Origin: Patescibacteria group bacterium
GTDB lineage: Bacteria; Patescibacteriota; Patescibacteriia; Patescibacteriales; UBA12075
Reading direction: 5' to 3'
Assembly: GCA_018897195.1 (NCBI GenBank)
Contig: JAHILH010000001.1
Coordinates: 156,565-220,564, forward strand
DNA: 64,000 nt
The notes under the pieces were generated by a model that was not told the origin of the DNA, searched no databases, and saw nothing but the letters and a program-made list of their open reading frames with translations. Positions within the stretch are counted from its first letter, which is position 1. Every line of letters starts with the position of its first letter. Shown piece after piece: positions 8,006 through 17,369 of the stretch. The translations under genes and the position numbers were made by a program.

Positions 8006-8078
8006 CCAATTGTTGTAAATAAAACGCGACCCCTCCCAAGGCGGGCAAGCGCGCTTTTTTACAACAATTGGTTTTTTT
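8006..8078 (+). repeat. long GC-cored hairpin (second, tandem terminator-like element)
   Basis: CCAATTGTTGTAAA (8006-8019) pairs with TTTACAACAATTGG (8058-8071). The arms enclose a GC-rich core cgcgacccctcccaaggcgggcaagcgcgc. T7 follows. Confidence 0.5.
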
Positions 8079-8147
8079 GTTTATTTGATTAAAATGCAAA
8101 AAATTGCTATTATTTAAATATAAATAAGTAATTCTCAATTATATTAT

Positions 8148-10811
8148 ATGAATCTAGATAAAATCTTTAAACCGAAAAGAATTGCCGTTATTGGCGCTAG
8201 TAGTGAAGCCGGAAGTGTTGGTTTTGCTCTATTCCACAACATCATAAATAGCGATTTTAAGGGCACTGTGACGCCTGTTAGTCTGAAAAGGGATAAAGTA
8301 CAGGGTATTAAGGCGGTGAAGAATATCGGCGATATTCAGGAAAAACAGGATTTGGCGATTATTATAACTCCAGCCAAGACGGTGCCATCAGTCCTGGAAG
8401 AGTGTGGAAGAGCTGGAGTCGGTGGAGTAATTATCATTTCATCCGGATTTTCTGAAATGGGCAAGGATGGCGAGAAATTAAGTGCAGAACTAAAAGCAAT
8501 TGCTAAAAAATATAATATACGGATTTTAGGACCAAACTGTCTTGGATACATAAACCCAGCCTTAAAACTTAATGCCAGTTTTGCTGGTGCAACTGCAAAG
8601 AAGGGGAATATTGCCTTCATCTCACAGAGCGGGGCTTTGTGCACTTCAATTTTAGACTGGGCTAACAAAAACAATGTGGGCTTCTCATATTTTGTCTCAA
8701 TTGGCGAAATGGTGGATGTAAGCTTTCATGATTTGATTGATTACTTCGGTTCCGATCCAAATACAACTAGCATCTTGATTTATATGGAAACCTTAAAAGA
8801 CGCGCGCAAATTTATCAGTGCAGCGCGAGCTTTTTCAAAAGGTAAACCGATTGTTGTCCTAAAGGCTGGTCGTAGTGAAGAAGGAGCAAAAGCCACTAAG
8901 TCACATACTGGTAGCTTAGCGGGGAATGACAAAGTTTTCACTGCTGCCTTTGATAGAGCTGGTGTAATTCGCGTAGACACCGTTGTTGGCTTATTTCATG
9001 TGGCTAAAACTTTATCAATGCAATCACTTCCAAAAAGTAATCGCTTAGCAATTTTAACTAATGCCGGCGGTCCTGGTGTAATCGCCACCGATGCTTTGAT
9101 TTATTCAGGAGGTAAATTAGCCAATCTATCTCAAGGAACGATTACTGAATTGGACAAGGTTTTACCAAAGTCTTGGAGTCGAAATAACCCAATTGATGTA
9201 ATCGGTGATGCTGATGCAGATCGTTATGAAAAGGCACTGAAGATTTGTCTCCGCGATGATAGCATTGACGCCATCCTTATAATCCTTACCCCACAAGCAA
9301 TGACTGATCCAACCAAGGTAGCGAAGCGAATTGTAGAGATGACCAAAAAATCAAGCAAAACTATTCTAGCGAGCTGGATGGGCGGACAATCAGTAGCAGA
9401 GGGGAGACGACTTTTGGAATCTGGAAACATCCCAACTTATCGAGCACCCGAAGATGCAATAAATGCCTTTATGAATGTTCATAAATATTCTCGTAATCTA
9501 TCGATATTAAATGAAACACCATCATCTATTCCACACGCCTTTACCCCTAAGACTGATGAAAATAAAGAACTAATTAAGCGCGTAGTCGCTGAAGGACGAT
9601 ATTCCCTAAATGAAACGGAAGCCAAAGTGTTACTTGCAAATTATGAAATACCAGTAGTTAAAAATGGCTTAGCCAAAAACTCAATTGAAGCTGGTACGGT
9701 AGCAGCTAAAATTGGTTTTCCCGTGGTTATGAAAATTTTATCTCCAGATATAATTCACAAGGTTGATGTTGGCGGCGTTGTCTTGAATGTTAATTCCAAG
9801 AAAGAAGCTGAGGCTAATTTTGAAAAAATTATCAATTCTGCTCGGGCGCATTTTCCCAAGGCGCAGATTGACGGTATTTTTATCGAGGGCATGATTAATA
9901 AAAAATACGAGCTGTTGATTGGTTCTAAAAAAGATCCGATTTTTGGCCCAGTGATCGTCTTTGGAATGGGGGGTGTGGCAGTTGAGGTGTTTCAGGATAT
10001 CAAAGTCGGCTTGCCTCCATTAAACATGTCTTTGGCAATGAGATTGATCGAAGGCACAAAAATTTACAAACTTTTACAAGGTTACCGTAATATGCCTGGA
10101 GTTGATATTCAATCGATTCAATTTTTATTATATAAATTTGCTTACCTTATCGCCGACTTTCCGGAAATTAGCGAGATTGATATCAATCCTTTTGCCGTGG
10201 ATGAACATGGTGGCATTGTTTTGGATGCAAAGGTTATCCTAGACAAACAAGTGCTTAGTAAGCCAGTTAAGCCTTATTCACACCTAGTTATTTCTCCATA
10301 TCCAAAAGAATACATCTCTAGTGTAAAAACTAAGAGCAAGAAAAATATCACCATTAGACCAATAAGACCCGAAGATGAGCCAATGGAAGATGTGATGTTT
10401 GCTTCAATTATGGCGAGCACACATGAACATATCTTTTTTGATAAGATTAAAAACATAACCCATGATTTGTTAGAAAGATATGCGCAAATTGATTATGATC
10501 GAGAAATGGTATTAATTGTGGAAGGCACAAATGGTAAGCGTGTCGAAATGGCGGGCTTAGCTAGATTAATCGAGGATCCGAATAGCAACTCCGCTGAGTT
10601 TTCTTTCGTTGTGCCTGATGGTTGGCAGGGGAATGGTATTGGTGGTATTTTGGTTGATAAGATTTTAGAGGTGGCACGCGATAAAGGGTTTGAAAAGATT
10701 TATGCTAAGTTTTTGGCGCACAATAATCCGGCAACTGGTATTTTTACCAAGCGTGGATTTACCATTAGTAAAAAAGGTGAGATCGGAATTGCAGAATTGA
10801 CAATTAGTTAA
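8148..10811 (+). CDS. ADP-forming acyl-CoA synthetase-like / GNAT acetyltransferase fusion (Pat/YfiQ architecture)
   Basis: 887 aa. N-terminal CoA-binding motif KRIAVIGAS. Succinyl-CoA-ligase-like and ATP-grasp segments. C-terminal GNAT motif QGNGIGGILVDKILEVARDKG. Size and domain order match Pat-type protein acetyltransferases (about 886 aa). Confidence 0.88.
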   Translation: MNLDKIFKPKRIAVIGASSEAGSVGFALFHNIINSDFKGTVTPVSLKRDKVQGIKAVKNIGDIQEKQDLAIIITPAKTVPSVLEECGRAGVGGVIIISSGFSEMGKDGEKLSAELKAIAKKYNIRILGPNCLGYINPALKLNASFAGATAKKGNIAFISQSGALCTSILDWANKNNVGFSYFVSIGEMVDVSFHDLIDYFGSDPNTTSILIYMETLKDARKFISAARAFSKGKPIVVLKAGRSEEGAKATKSHTGSLAGNDKVFTAAFDRAGVIRVDTVVGLFHVAKTLSMQSLPKSNRLAILTNAGGPGVIATDALIYSGGKLANLSQGTITELDKVLPKSWSRNNPIDVIGDADADRYEKALKICLRDDSIDAILIILTPQAMTDPTKVAKRIVEMTKKSSKTILASWMGGQSVAEGRRLLESGNIPTYRAPEDAINAFMNVHKYSRNLSILNETPSSIPHAFTPKTDENKELIKRVVAEGRYSLNETEAKVLLANYEIPVVKNGLAKNSIEAGTVAAKIGFPVVMKILSPDIIHKVDVGGVVLNVNSKKEAEANFEKIINSARAHFPKAQIDGIFIEGMINKKYELLIGSKKDPIFGPVIVFGMGGVAVEVFQDIKVGLPPLNMSLAMRLIEGTKIYKLLQGYRNMPGVDIQSIQFLLYKFAYLIADFPEISEIDINPFAVDEHGGIVLDAKVILDKQVLSKPVKPYSHLVISPYPKEYISSVKTKSKKNITIRPIRPEDEPMEDVMFASIMASTHEHIFFDKIKNITHDLLERYAQIDYDREMVLIVEGTNGKRVEMAGLARLIEDPNSNSAEFSFVVPDGWQGNGIGGILVDKILEVARDKGFEKIYAKFLAHNNPATGIFTKRGFTISKKGEIGIAELTIS

Positions 10812-10867
10812 TAATAGTCAATAATAAGTTATTAATTATTGTACATATAAAAAAGGAGGGAATACAA

Positions 10868-11110
10868 ATGTTCTTTTTGTTGTCATCTTTTAAATTGAAG
10901 AAGGGTGTGGACACAAAAGATGCCGTTGGGTTTATTAAGGAATCTGATTTTTCAACAGCGATTTCCAGGACTGGCCTAAGCGTGGTAAGGTCATATCTGG
11001 ATAAAGAAAAGGAGGGTGATTGTCAGATTGTATTTGTTTTGAAAAACGGAAAAGGTCGTCGTTATTTTTTAGAAGCAGTTGAGGAAATTTTCGGTCCGCC
11101 GTTAATTTAG
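10868..11110 (+). CDS. small hypothetical protein
   Basis: Strong AAGGAGGG Shine-Dalgarno 7 nt upstream. 80 aa, followed by a terminator. No domain recognised. Confidence 0.6.
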   Translation: MFFLLSSFKLKKGVDTKDAVGFIKESDFSTAISRTGLSVVRSYLDKEKEGDCQIVFVLKNGKGRRYFLEAVEEIFGPPLI

Positions 11111-11115
11111 TATTC

Positions 11116-11152
11116 AAAAAAGCCATTCATTATGAATGGCTTTTCTTTTTTT
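11116..11152. terminator. bidirectional terminator between the 10868 gene and gyrB
   Basis: AGCCATTCA (11121-11129) pairs with TGAATGGCT (11133-11141). It is flanked by an A-run and a T-run. Confidence 0.7.
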
Positions 11153-11163
11153 GATTGAAATGA

Positions 11164-13221
11164 TTATATGTCTAGATTCTGCACCTTACGCGCATGAGTC
11201 TGAATAAATTTCTTACGAGGGGCAACATCGCCACCCATTAACATATCAAAGACGGTATCCGCATAGACAGCGTCGTCAACGGTTACCTGGCTCATAATAC
11301 GCTTAGCTGGATCCATGGTTGTTTCCCAAAGTTGTTCAGGGTTCATTTCACCGAGACCTTTGTATCGTTGAATGATAATCTTGCCACCAGTTTTAGCTTT
11401 GATTTCCTTTTCTCCCGCTTCGTCTGCTGCCTCCTCTGCTTCGGCTGCCGCGGTTTCGGCAGAAACTGAATCATCATCCTCAGTGGCAACCTCAACCTCA
11501 GCAGGAATGCCGCCAAGCTTCAAGATAATTTCTTCTTTCTCGGCATCGGAATAAGCATATTCTGCCTTCGCACCTTTTTTGATTTGGTACAATGGGGGAT
11601 TAGCAACATAAAGATGTCCCAAAGTTACCAATGGCTTGAAATGACGGAAGAATAATGTCAAAAGCAAAGTTCTAATGTGAGAGCCATCAACATCGGCATC
11701 TGTCATGATGACAACTCTATGATATCGCAATTTATCAATATCAAATTGATCGTCAATATTGGTACCCAAAGCAATCACGAGGTTTTTGATTTCGTTATTG
11801 GCCAACATTTTGTCCAAACGCGCTCTCTCAACGTTTAAAATTTTACCACGAAGAGGTAGAATGGCTTGAAACTTTCGGTCACGACCTTGCTTAGCTGATC
11901 CACCAGCCGAGTCTCCCTCTACAATGTACAATTCACATTCTTCTGGTTTACGTGAGGAACAATCAGATAATTTACCTGGCAAAGTCATGCCTTCCAAGGC
12001 GCCTTTTCGTAAGATAGTGGCACGAGCATTCTTAGCGGCCATACGAGCACGACTAGAAAGTAAACATTTACCGATAATTGCCTCCGCTTCCTTTGGATGT
12101 TCTTCCAAGAAGGTCGCAAACGCTTCACCAAAGACTTGTTCAACGTAACCTTTCATTTCGACGTTACCCAGCTTACCTTTAGTTTGACCTTCAAATTGTG
12201 GTTCTAATAATTTTACACTAATAATTGACACCAAGCCTTCACGCACATCCTCACCGGTTAAATTCTCTTCCTTTTCTTTTAAGATTTTTTTATTACGCGC
12301 GTAGTTGTTAATTGATCTAGTTAGAGCCGAACGGAAGCCAGCTAAGTGACTACCACCCTCTGGATTGTAAATATTGTTCGCAAATGGCAAAACCATTTCG
12401 TTAAATTCATCATTGTATTGCAAGGCGATTTCCACCTTTGAGCTTTCAATTTCTTTTTCAATGTAGAAAACAGTTTCATTTTTGACAGTTTTGTTCTTAT
12501 TCAAAATCTTTACATAAGACTTGATGCCACCTTCAAAGTAAAAAGTGTAAGCCTTGTCGCGGTGGTCACTGCGCTTGTCAAACATTCTCAAGGTGATACC
12601 TTTTGTTAAATATGTTTGTTGGCGTAAACGATCAAGAATCGTGCCCCAGTTGTATTCTGTTTCTGGAAAAATACTGCCATCTGGTTTGAAGGTGATAGTA
12701 GTACCTGTGCGTTTGCTGTCGCCGACTGCCTTTACTTTACCCTGGGGAATACCAATTTTGTATTCTTGCACCCAGATTTTACCTTCACGATGAATCTCAG
12801 CTTTCACATAAGTACTAAGCGCGTTCACCACGGAAATACCTACACCATGCAAACCACCAGAAGCTTTGTAGCCACTATTTTCGCCACCAAATTTACCACC
12901 AGCGTGCAGAGTACACATTACAGTCTCCAAGGCCGAAACGCCAGACACCTTGTGCATGCCGACTGGAATACCACGACCATTGTCAGTCACCTGAACCATG
13001 CCGTCATCTAGAAGAGTAACCGTAATCTCATTAGCGTGACCCGCCATCGCTTCATCAAAGCCATTATCAACAACTTCCCAAATCAAGTGGTGTAGTCCGG
13101 CTAAAGAAGTCGAACCAATATACATACCTGGTCGTTTTCGCACCGGATCAAGTCCCTCCAAGACGGTAATCGAATCCGCCCCATAATCCTCATCTTTTTT
13201 CTTTTTTTCTTCTTTTGGCAT
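11164..13221 (-). CDS. gyrB: DNA gyrase subunit B
   Basis: 685 aa. Motifs LEGLDPVRKRPGMYIGS, the GHKL ATPase fold, TOPRIM EGDSAGGSAKQGRDR, and IQRYKGLGEMNPEQLWETTM. Confidence 0.97.
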   Translation of the reverse strand: MPKEEKKKKDEDYGADSITVLEGLDPVRKRPGMYIGSTSLAGLHHLIWEVVDNGFDEAMAGHANEITVTLLDDGMVQVTDNGRGIPVGMHKVSGVSALETVMCTLHAGGKFGGENSGYKASGGLHGVGISVVNALSTYVKAEIHREGKIWVQEYKIGIPQGKVKAVGDSKRTGTTITFKPDGSIFPETEYNWGTILDRLRQQTYLTKGITLRMFDKRSDHRDKAYTFYFEGGIKSYVKILNKNKTVKNETVFYIEKEIESSKVEIALQYNDEFNEMVLPFANNIYNPEGGSHLAGFRSALTRSINNYARNKKILKEKEENLTGEDVREGLVSIISVKLLEPQFEGQTKGKLGNVEMKGYVEQVFGEAFATFLEEHPKEAEAIIGKCLLSSRARMAAKNARATILRKGALEGMTLPGKLSDCSSRKPEECELYIVEGDSAGGSAKQGRDRKFQAILPLRGKILNVERARLDKMLANNEIKNLVIALGTNIDDQFDIDKLRYHRVVIMTDADVDGSHIRTLLLTLFFRHFKPLVTLGHLYVANPPLYQIKKGAKAEYAYSDAEKEEIILKLGGIPAEVEVATEDDDSVSAETAAAEAEEAADEAGEKEIKAKTGGKIIIQRYKGLGEMNPEQLWETTMDPAKRIMSQVTVDDAVYADTVFDMLMGGDVAPRKKFIQTHARKVQNLDI

Positions 13222-13336
13222 AGAGTTTTATATAGTAATTATAATAAAAATTAAAAAATAACTTTTTGCAAGTTATGTATATATTTTAGCAAAAAAGAGA
13301 AAATAATGCAAATAAAATAACCAATAATAGGGGAAT

Positions 13337-13376
13337 AAAAAATACCGCCAATATCGTAATATTAGCGGTATTTTTA
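13337..13376. terminator. terminator downstream of clpB
   Basis: ATACCGCCAATAT (13342-13354) pairs with ATATTAGCGGTAT (13359-13371) with one mismatch. It is flanked by A5 and T5. Confidence 0.65.
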
Positions 13377-13393
13377 TTATAATTTTGATTGGT

Positions 13394-16027
13394 TTATTTC
13401 ACAGTAACCAAAACCCGATCCATTGCTCCCAAATCAATCGTTACACTATCACCATCTTTAATCTTACCCTCAATAATTTCCATCGCCAATTCGTCCAAAA
13501 TACTGGTTTGAATGATGCGTTTGAGTGGGCGAGCACCAAAGGTGATGTCGTAGCCTTTCTCAGAGAGCATTTTCTTGATTTTGGCGGCGACTTTAAGTTT
13601 GATATTTTTGTCTTTCAATCTCTTTTCAACTTTAGCCATTTCGAGGTCAACAATTTGCATCAAGGTTTCCTTGGTTAAGCTCTTGAAAGCGACGATTTCG
13701 TCAATTCTATTTAAGAATTCTAGTTTGAAATTGTCGCGTAAGATCTTGTCGATTTTTTCTTTCATTTCGTCATCGCGGAAATCCTTAGCCTTAGCTGTGT
13801 CAGAGCCATCAGAGAAGCCGATAGAATACTGCTTGATTACTTCATTGCCCAAGTTTGAGGTCATAACAATTATAGTGTTCTTAAAATTAACAACACGTCC
13901 CTTGGAGTCGGTCAAACGGCCGTCGTCCAGGATTTGTAATAAAATATTAAATACTTCCGGATGGGCTTTTTCGATTTCGTCGAAAAGAATTACACTGTAT
14001 GGTCGTTTACGAATCTTGTCAGATAATTGTCCGCCTTCATCATGACCGACGTATCCAGGAGGGGAGCCGATGATTCTAGCGACCGAGTGCTTTTCCATGT
14101 ATTCACTCATATCCAACCTGATTAGAGAAGTTTCATCGTTGAACATGAATGTTGAAAGTGCTTTAGCAAGCTGAGTTTTACCAACACCAGTTGGGCCAAC
14201 GAATAGGAATGAGCCGATTGGTTTGTTTTCTTCACTGATGCCGGCACGAGAACGACGAATGGCATTAGCGACTGCCTTGATGGCTGCTTCTTGTCCCTTA
14301 ACTTTCTTGTTTAACTCTTCTTCGGCGTGTGCCAACTTAGCAACTTCCGATTGTAACATCTTGGAAACCGGAATACCAGTCCAACGCGCTACTACTTTAG
14401 CAATATCTTCCTCATCAATTTCTTCCTTAAGAATTCTTTGACCCTTGCTCTGGATTTTGGTTAATTCACCCTCAAACTTCTTTACTTCATTTTCTAATTT
14501 TGGAATAATGGAGTATTTAATTTCAGCCACACGTGTCAAATCATCACCCTTACGTTCAGTGATTTCTGCCTCGGCTTTGATGCGGTCGATTTCTTTTTTA
14601 GTATCGCTGATTTTATAAATAATATCTTTCTCGTTGCGCCAATGTAGCTCCAATTGGTTTGCCTCCTCTTTTAATTGTTCTAATTTTTTATTTAAGGTAG
14701 TTAATTTACCGTTGCTCTTATTTCGCTTATCAGTGACTAGACCAGCTTTTTCAATTTCTAAACGTTTAATCTCACGCTTTAATTTATCAAGATTTTCCGG
14801 CATAGAATCGATTTCCATGCGCAAGGCTGAGGTAGCTTCATCTACTAAATCTACTGCCTTATCAGGCAAGAAACGGTCCGTAATATAACGGCTGGAAAAA
14901 TTAGCCGCCGCAATCAAGGCATCATCAGTAATGCGGACGCCATGATGTACTTCATATTTTTCCTTGATGCCACGTAAAATGGCGATCGTATCTTCAATAG
15001 TCGGTTCAGCTACATGAATGGGTTGGAAGCGTCTTTCTAAAGCTGCGTCGCGTTCAATGTATTTTTGATATTCTTTGGTGGTGGTCGCACCGATGGTGCG
15101 GAGTTCGCCACGCGCCAAAGCTGGCTTCAACATATTAGAAGCATCAATCGAGCCCTCGGAAGCACCAGCGCCGACAAGAGTATGTAATTCATCAATGAAT
15201 AAAATTATTTTGCCATCCTGGGCCTTGATTTCCTTCATGAAAGCCTTTAAGCGGTCTTCGAACTCACCACGGAATTTTGCACCGGCAACCATAGAACCAA
15301 GGTCCAGACTAATTAGCTCTTTATTCTTTAAAGACTCCGGCACATCACCACTAATAATTCGCTGCGCTAAGCCTTCGATAATAGCTGTTTTACCTGTGCC
15401 AGCCTCACCGATTAAGACTGGATTGTTCTTGGTGCGACGAGAAAGCACCTGCATGATGCGACGGATTTCATTGTCACGACCAATAACAGGATCTAGTTTT
15501 TTCTTGCGTGCCAAGTCAGTAAGATTGATAGCGTACTTTTCCAATACTTTATATTTTGTTTCTGGATCTGGGCTATCGATTTTTTGACCACCGCGCAATT
15601 CAGTTAATATTTTTAAAACTGTGCCATATTCAATTTTGAAAGAAAGTAAAATTTCTTGAGCAGCTGATTTAACACCGATAAGAGCAAGGAATAAATGCTC
15701 TGTCGAAATAAAATCATCCTTCATTTGCTCCGCTTCCTTTTTGGCCCGATCCATGATCGCCGCCACCTCAGCTGTTCCTTGAACAGTGCCAATGCTTTTG
15801 TCGCCAGGAGTTTTTGGTAGAGTTTCAATCTGGGTAAAAGTCTTGTCCTCAATATCCTCAATGGCAATACTAAGCTTGTCCAAAATTGACTTAACCAAGC
15901 TTTCACTTTGACTCATTAAGGAAGCTAAAACATGTAGGCCCTCGATTTGCTGCTGGCCATTGTCCTGAGCAATAATCTGAGCATTAATTATAGTTTCCTG
16001 AGTTTTGTTGGTAAATTTATTGTACAT
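13394..16027 (-). CDS. clpB: ClpB disaggregase
   Basis: Two AAA+ modules ([18 protein letters not shown]) and a long coiled-coil middle domain. I moved the start to ATG 16027 ([10 protein letters not shown]...) because the GTG at 16060 in the ORF track lies inside the CIRCE operator. Confidence 0.95.
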   Translation of the reverse strand: MYNKFTNKTQETIINAQIIAQDNGQQQIEGLHVLASLMSQSESLVKSILDKLSIAIEDIEDKTFTQIETLPKTPGDKSIGTVQGTAEVAAIMDRAKKEAEQMKDDFISTEHLFLALIGVKSAAQEILLSFKIEYGTVLKILTELRGGQKIDSPDPETKYKVLEKYAINLTDLARKKKLDPVIGRDNEIRRIMQVLSRRTKNNPVLIGEAGTGKTAIIEGLAQRIISGDVPESLKNKELISLDLGSMVAGAKFRGEFEDRLKAFMKEIKAQDGKIILFIDELHTLVGAGASEGSIDASNMLKPALARGELRTIGATTTKEYQKYIERDAALERRFQPIHVAEPTIEDTIAILRGIKEKYEVHHGVRITDDALIAAANFSSRYITDRFLPDKAVDLVDEATSALRMEIDSMPENLDKLKREIKRLEIEKAGLVTDKRNKSNGKLTTLNKKLEQLKEEANQLELHWRNEKDIIYKISDTKKEIDRIKAEAEITERKGDDLTRVAEIKYSIIPKLENEVKKFEGELTKIQSKGQRILKEEIDEEDIAKVVARWTGIPVSKMLQSEVAKLAHAEEELNKKVKGQEAAIKAVANAIRRSRAGISEENKPIGSFLFVGPTGVGKTQLAKALSTFMFNDETSLIRLDMSEYMEKHSVARIIGSPPGYVGHDEGGQLSDKIRKRPYSVILFDEIEKAHPEVFNILLQILDDGRLTDSKGRVVNFKNTIIVMTSNLGNEVIKQYSIGFSDGSDTAKAKDFRDDEMKEKIDKILRDNFKLEFLNRIDEIVAFKSLTKETLMQIVDLEMAKVEKRLKDKNIKLKVAAKIKKMLSEKGYDITFGARPLKRIIQTSILDELAMEIIEGKIKDGDSVTIDLGAMDRVLVTVK

Positions 16028-16053
16028 ATATTTAATATAATTATTAGTTCTTT

Positions 16054-16080
16054 TTAGCACTCTATTAAACCGAGTGCTAA
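16054..16080. promoter_or_regulatory. CIRCE operator (HrcA binding site)
   Basis: TTAGCACTC-tattaaacc-GAGTGCTAA matches the CIRCE consensus TTAGCACTC-N9-GAGTGCTAA exactly. It lies between the clpB promoter and start codon. Confidence 0.85.
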
Positions 16081-16084
16081 TTTC

Positions 16085-16113
16085 AATATACTATATTGTG
16101 AAATTGGTGTCAA
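16085..16113 (-). promoter_or_regulatory. clpB promoter
   Basis: On the minus strand: TTGACA (16113-16108), 17-nt spacer, TATATT (16090-16085). It sits directly upstream of CIRCE. Confidence 0.7.
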
Positions 16114-16172
16114 GGCTTTTTTTTATATTAATTTAGTGTTATATTATTTATATATAATAATGTCTAAATTTT

Positions 16173-17345
16173 ATGAAAATATTAGGAATACATGTAACCG
16201 ATGACTCCCGCGAGGAGGTTTTGGGGCGGATTGAGGGGTTTTTGGAGTCTGATAGGCAGAATATTGTGGTAACGCCGAATCCGGAGATTATTTTGGCTGC
16301 GCAGGACGATGAGAAGCTTTTTCACATTTTAAACATTGCCAGTTTGTCACTGGCGGATGGGATTGGCTTAAAGTTGATGGGACTATTATTGGGGGAGAAT
16401 GTAGTCCGGATAACAGGGGCTGATTTAGTAGTGGATATTTTGAAAATGGCACAGAGTCGAAAAAGTAATGTTGGAATAATTAATTGGTCAGGCGGACTTT
16501 CGAGTTTTGGAGAAATAAAAAAAACATTAGAAGAAAAATTCGTAGGTATAAAAGTCTTTGTAACTGATATCGCAGAAAAAGATTTTAACAACAAAAATAT
16601 CAGTTTTGTGAGCTTAAGTAATTGTGAAATAATTTTGGCCAATCTGGGAGCTCCTTATCAAGAGAAAATTATCTTTAACAACTTGCCGCAATTTCCCAAG
16701 GCGCGAGTTTTGATTGGTATCGGTGGTGCTCTTGATTTCTTGACTGGTAAAATAGCTCGAGCGCCGTTTATCTTGCGCAAAATTGGCATGGAGTGGTTGT
16801 GGCGCTTAATTAAACAACCGACGCGCATTAAGAGAATTATTAACGCCGTTATAGTTTTCCCATTACGGTTCTTTAAATTTCATTTTATTAATTGTTTTTT
16901 CTATCGGCCCAACGTTGCTTGCTTGCTGTATAAAAAATCAGAATCTGGTTATTCTTTTTTATTAATAAGTCGCAGTGATATTGAACACCATTGGCAAGTA
17001 CCACAAGGAGGCTTGGATGGTTTAAACGCAGAAGAGGCGGCCAAAAAGGAGTTGAGCGAGGAATTGGGAACTGATAAATTTGTCACCAAGGCGATTGTGA
17101 AAAATATTTATCGTTATAAATATGTAGACAAAAAAACCGTCGTTAAACACCGTGGTTATAAGGGGCAAAAGCAAGATTTGTATATTGCAGAATTTATTGG
17201 TAATGATGAGGATATAAAAGTAAAAACTTGGGAGCATGCTGGCTGGCAGTGGGTGAGCGAGAATGAGTTCATTTCTTCACTGCACCAGGATAGGCGAAAG
17301 AGTGGAGAATTGTTTTTGGATAAATTCCAAAAATTGACAAAATAG
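16173..17345 (+). CDS. WecG/TagA/CpsF-family (GT26) glycosyltransferase fused to a NUDIX hydrolase domain
   Basis: The N-terminal 240 aa or so look GT26-like (NIVVTPNPEIIL, ADGIGL, MEWLWRL). The C-terminus has an RppH-like Nudix region HWQVPQGGLDGLNAEEAAKKELSEELG. Confidence 0.8.
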   Translation: MKILGIHVTDDSREEVLGRIEGFLESDRQNIVVTPNPEIILAAQDDEKLFHILNIASLSLADGIGLKLMGLLLGENVVRITGADLVVDILKMAQSRKSNVGIINWSGGLSSFGEIKKTLEEKFVGIKVFVTDIAEKDFNNKNISFVSLSNCEIILANLGAPYQEKIIFNNLPQFPKARVLIGIGGALDFLTGKIARAPFILRKIGMEWLWRLIKQPTRIKRIINAVIVFPLRFFKFHFINCFFYRPNVACLLYKKSESGYSFLLISRSDIEHHWQVPQGGLDGLNAEEAAKKELSEELGTDKFVTKAIVKNIYRYKYVDKKTVVKHRGYKGQKQDLYIAEFIGNDEDIKVKTWEHAGWQWVSENEFISSLHQDRRKSGELFLDKFQKLTK

Positions 17346-17369
17346 TTTAATATTATTAAAATAAGCCTT

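Noticed and set aside
3653-8078. Calling the exported-protein cluster horizontally acquired on GC content
   Set aside because: Hand counts of 60-nt blocks gave 45-60% here, but also 47-50% in thrS and gyrB and 23-35% in pilus genes. The window is heterogeneous, and a computed profile is needed before any such claim.
11372-15587. Multiple plus-strand ORFs (60-170 aa) within gyrB and clpB
   Set aside because: They are antisense to unambiguous genes. Ser/Leu/Ala-rich low-complexity translations are typical of shadow frames.
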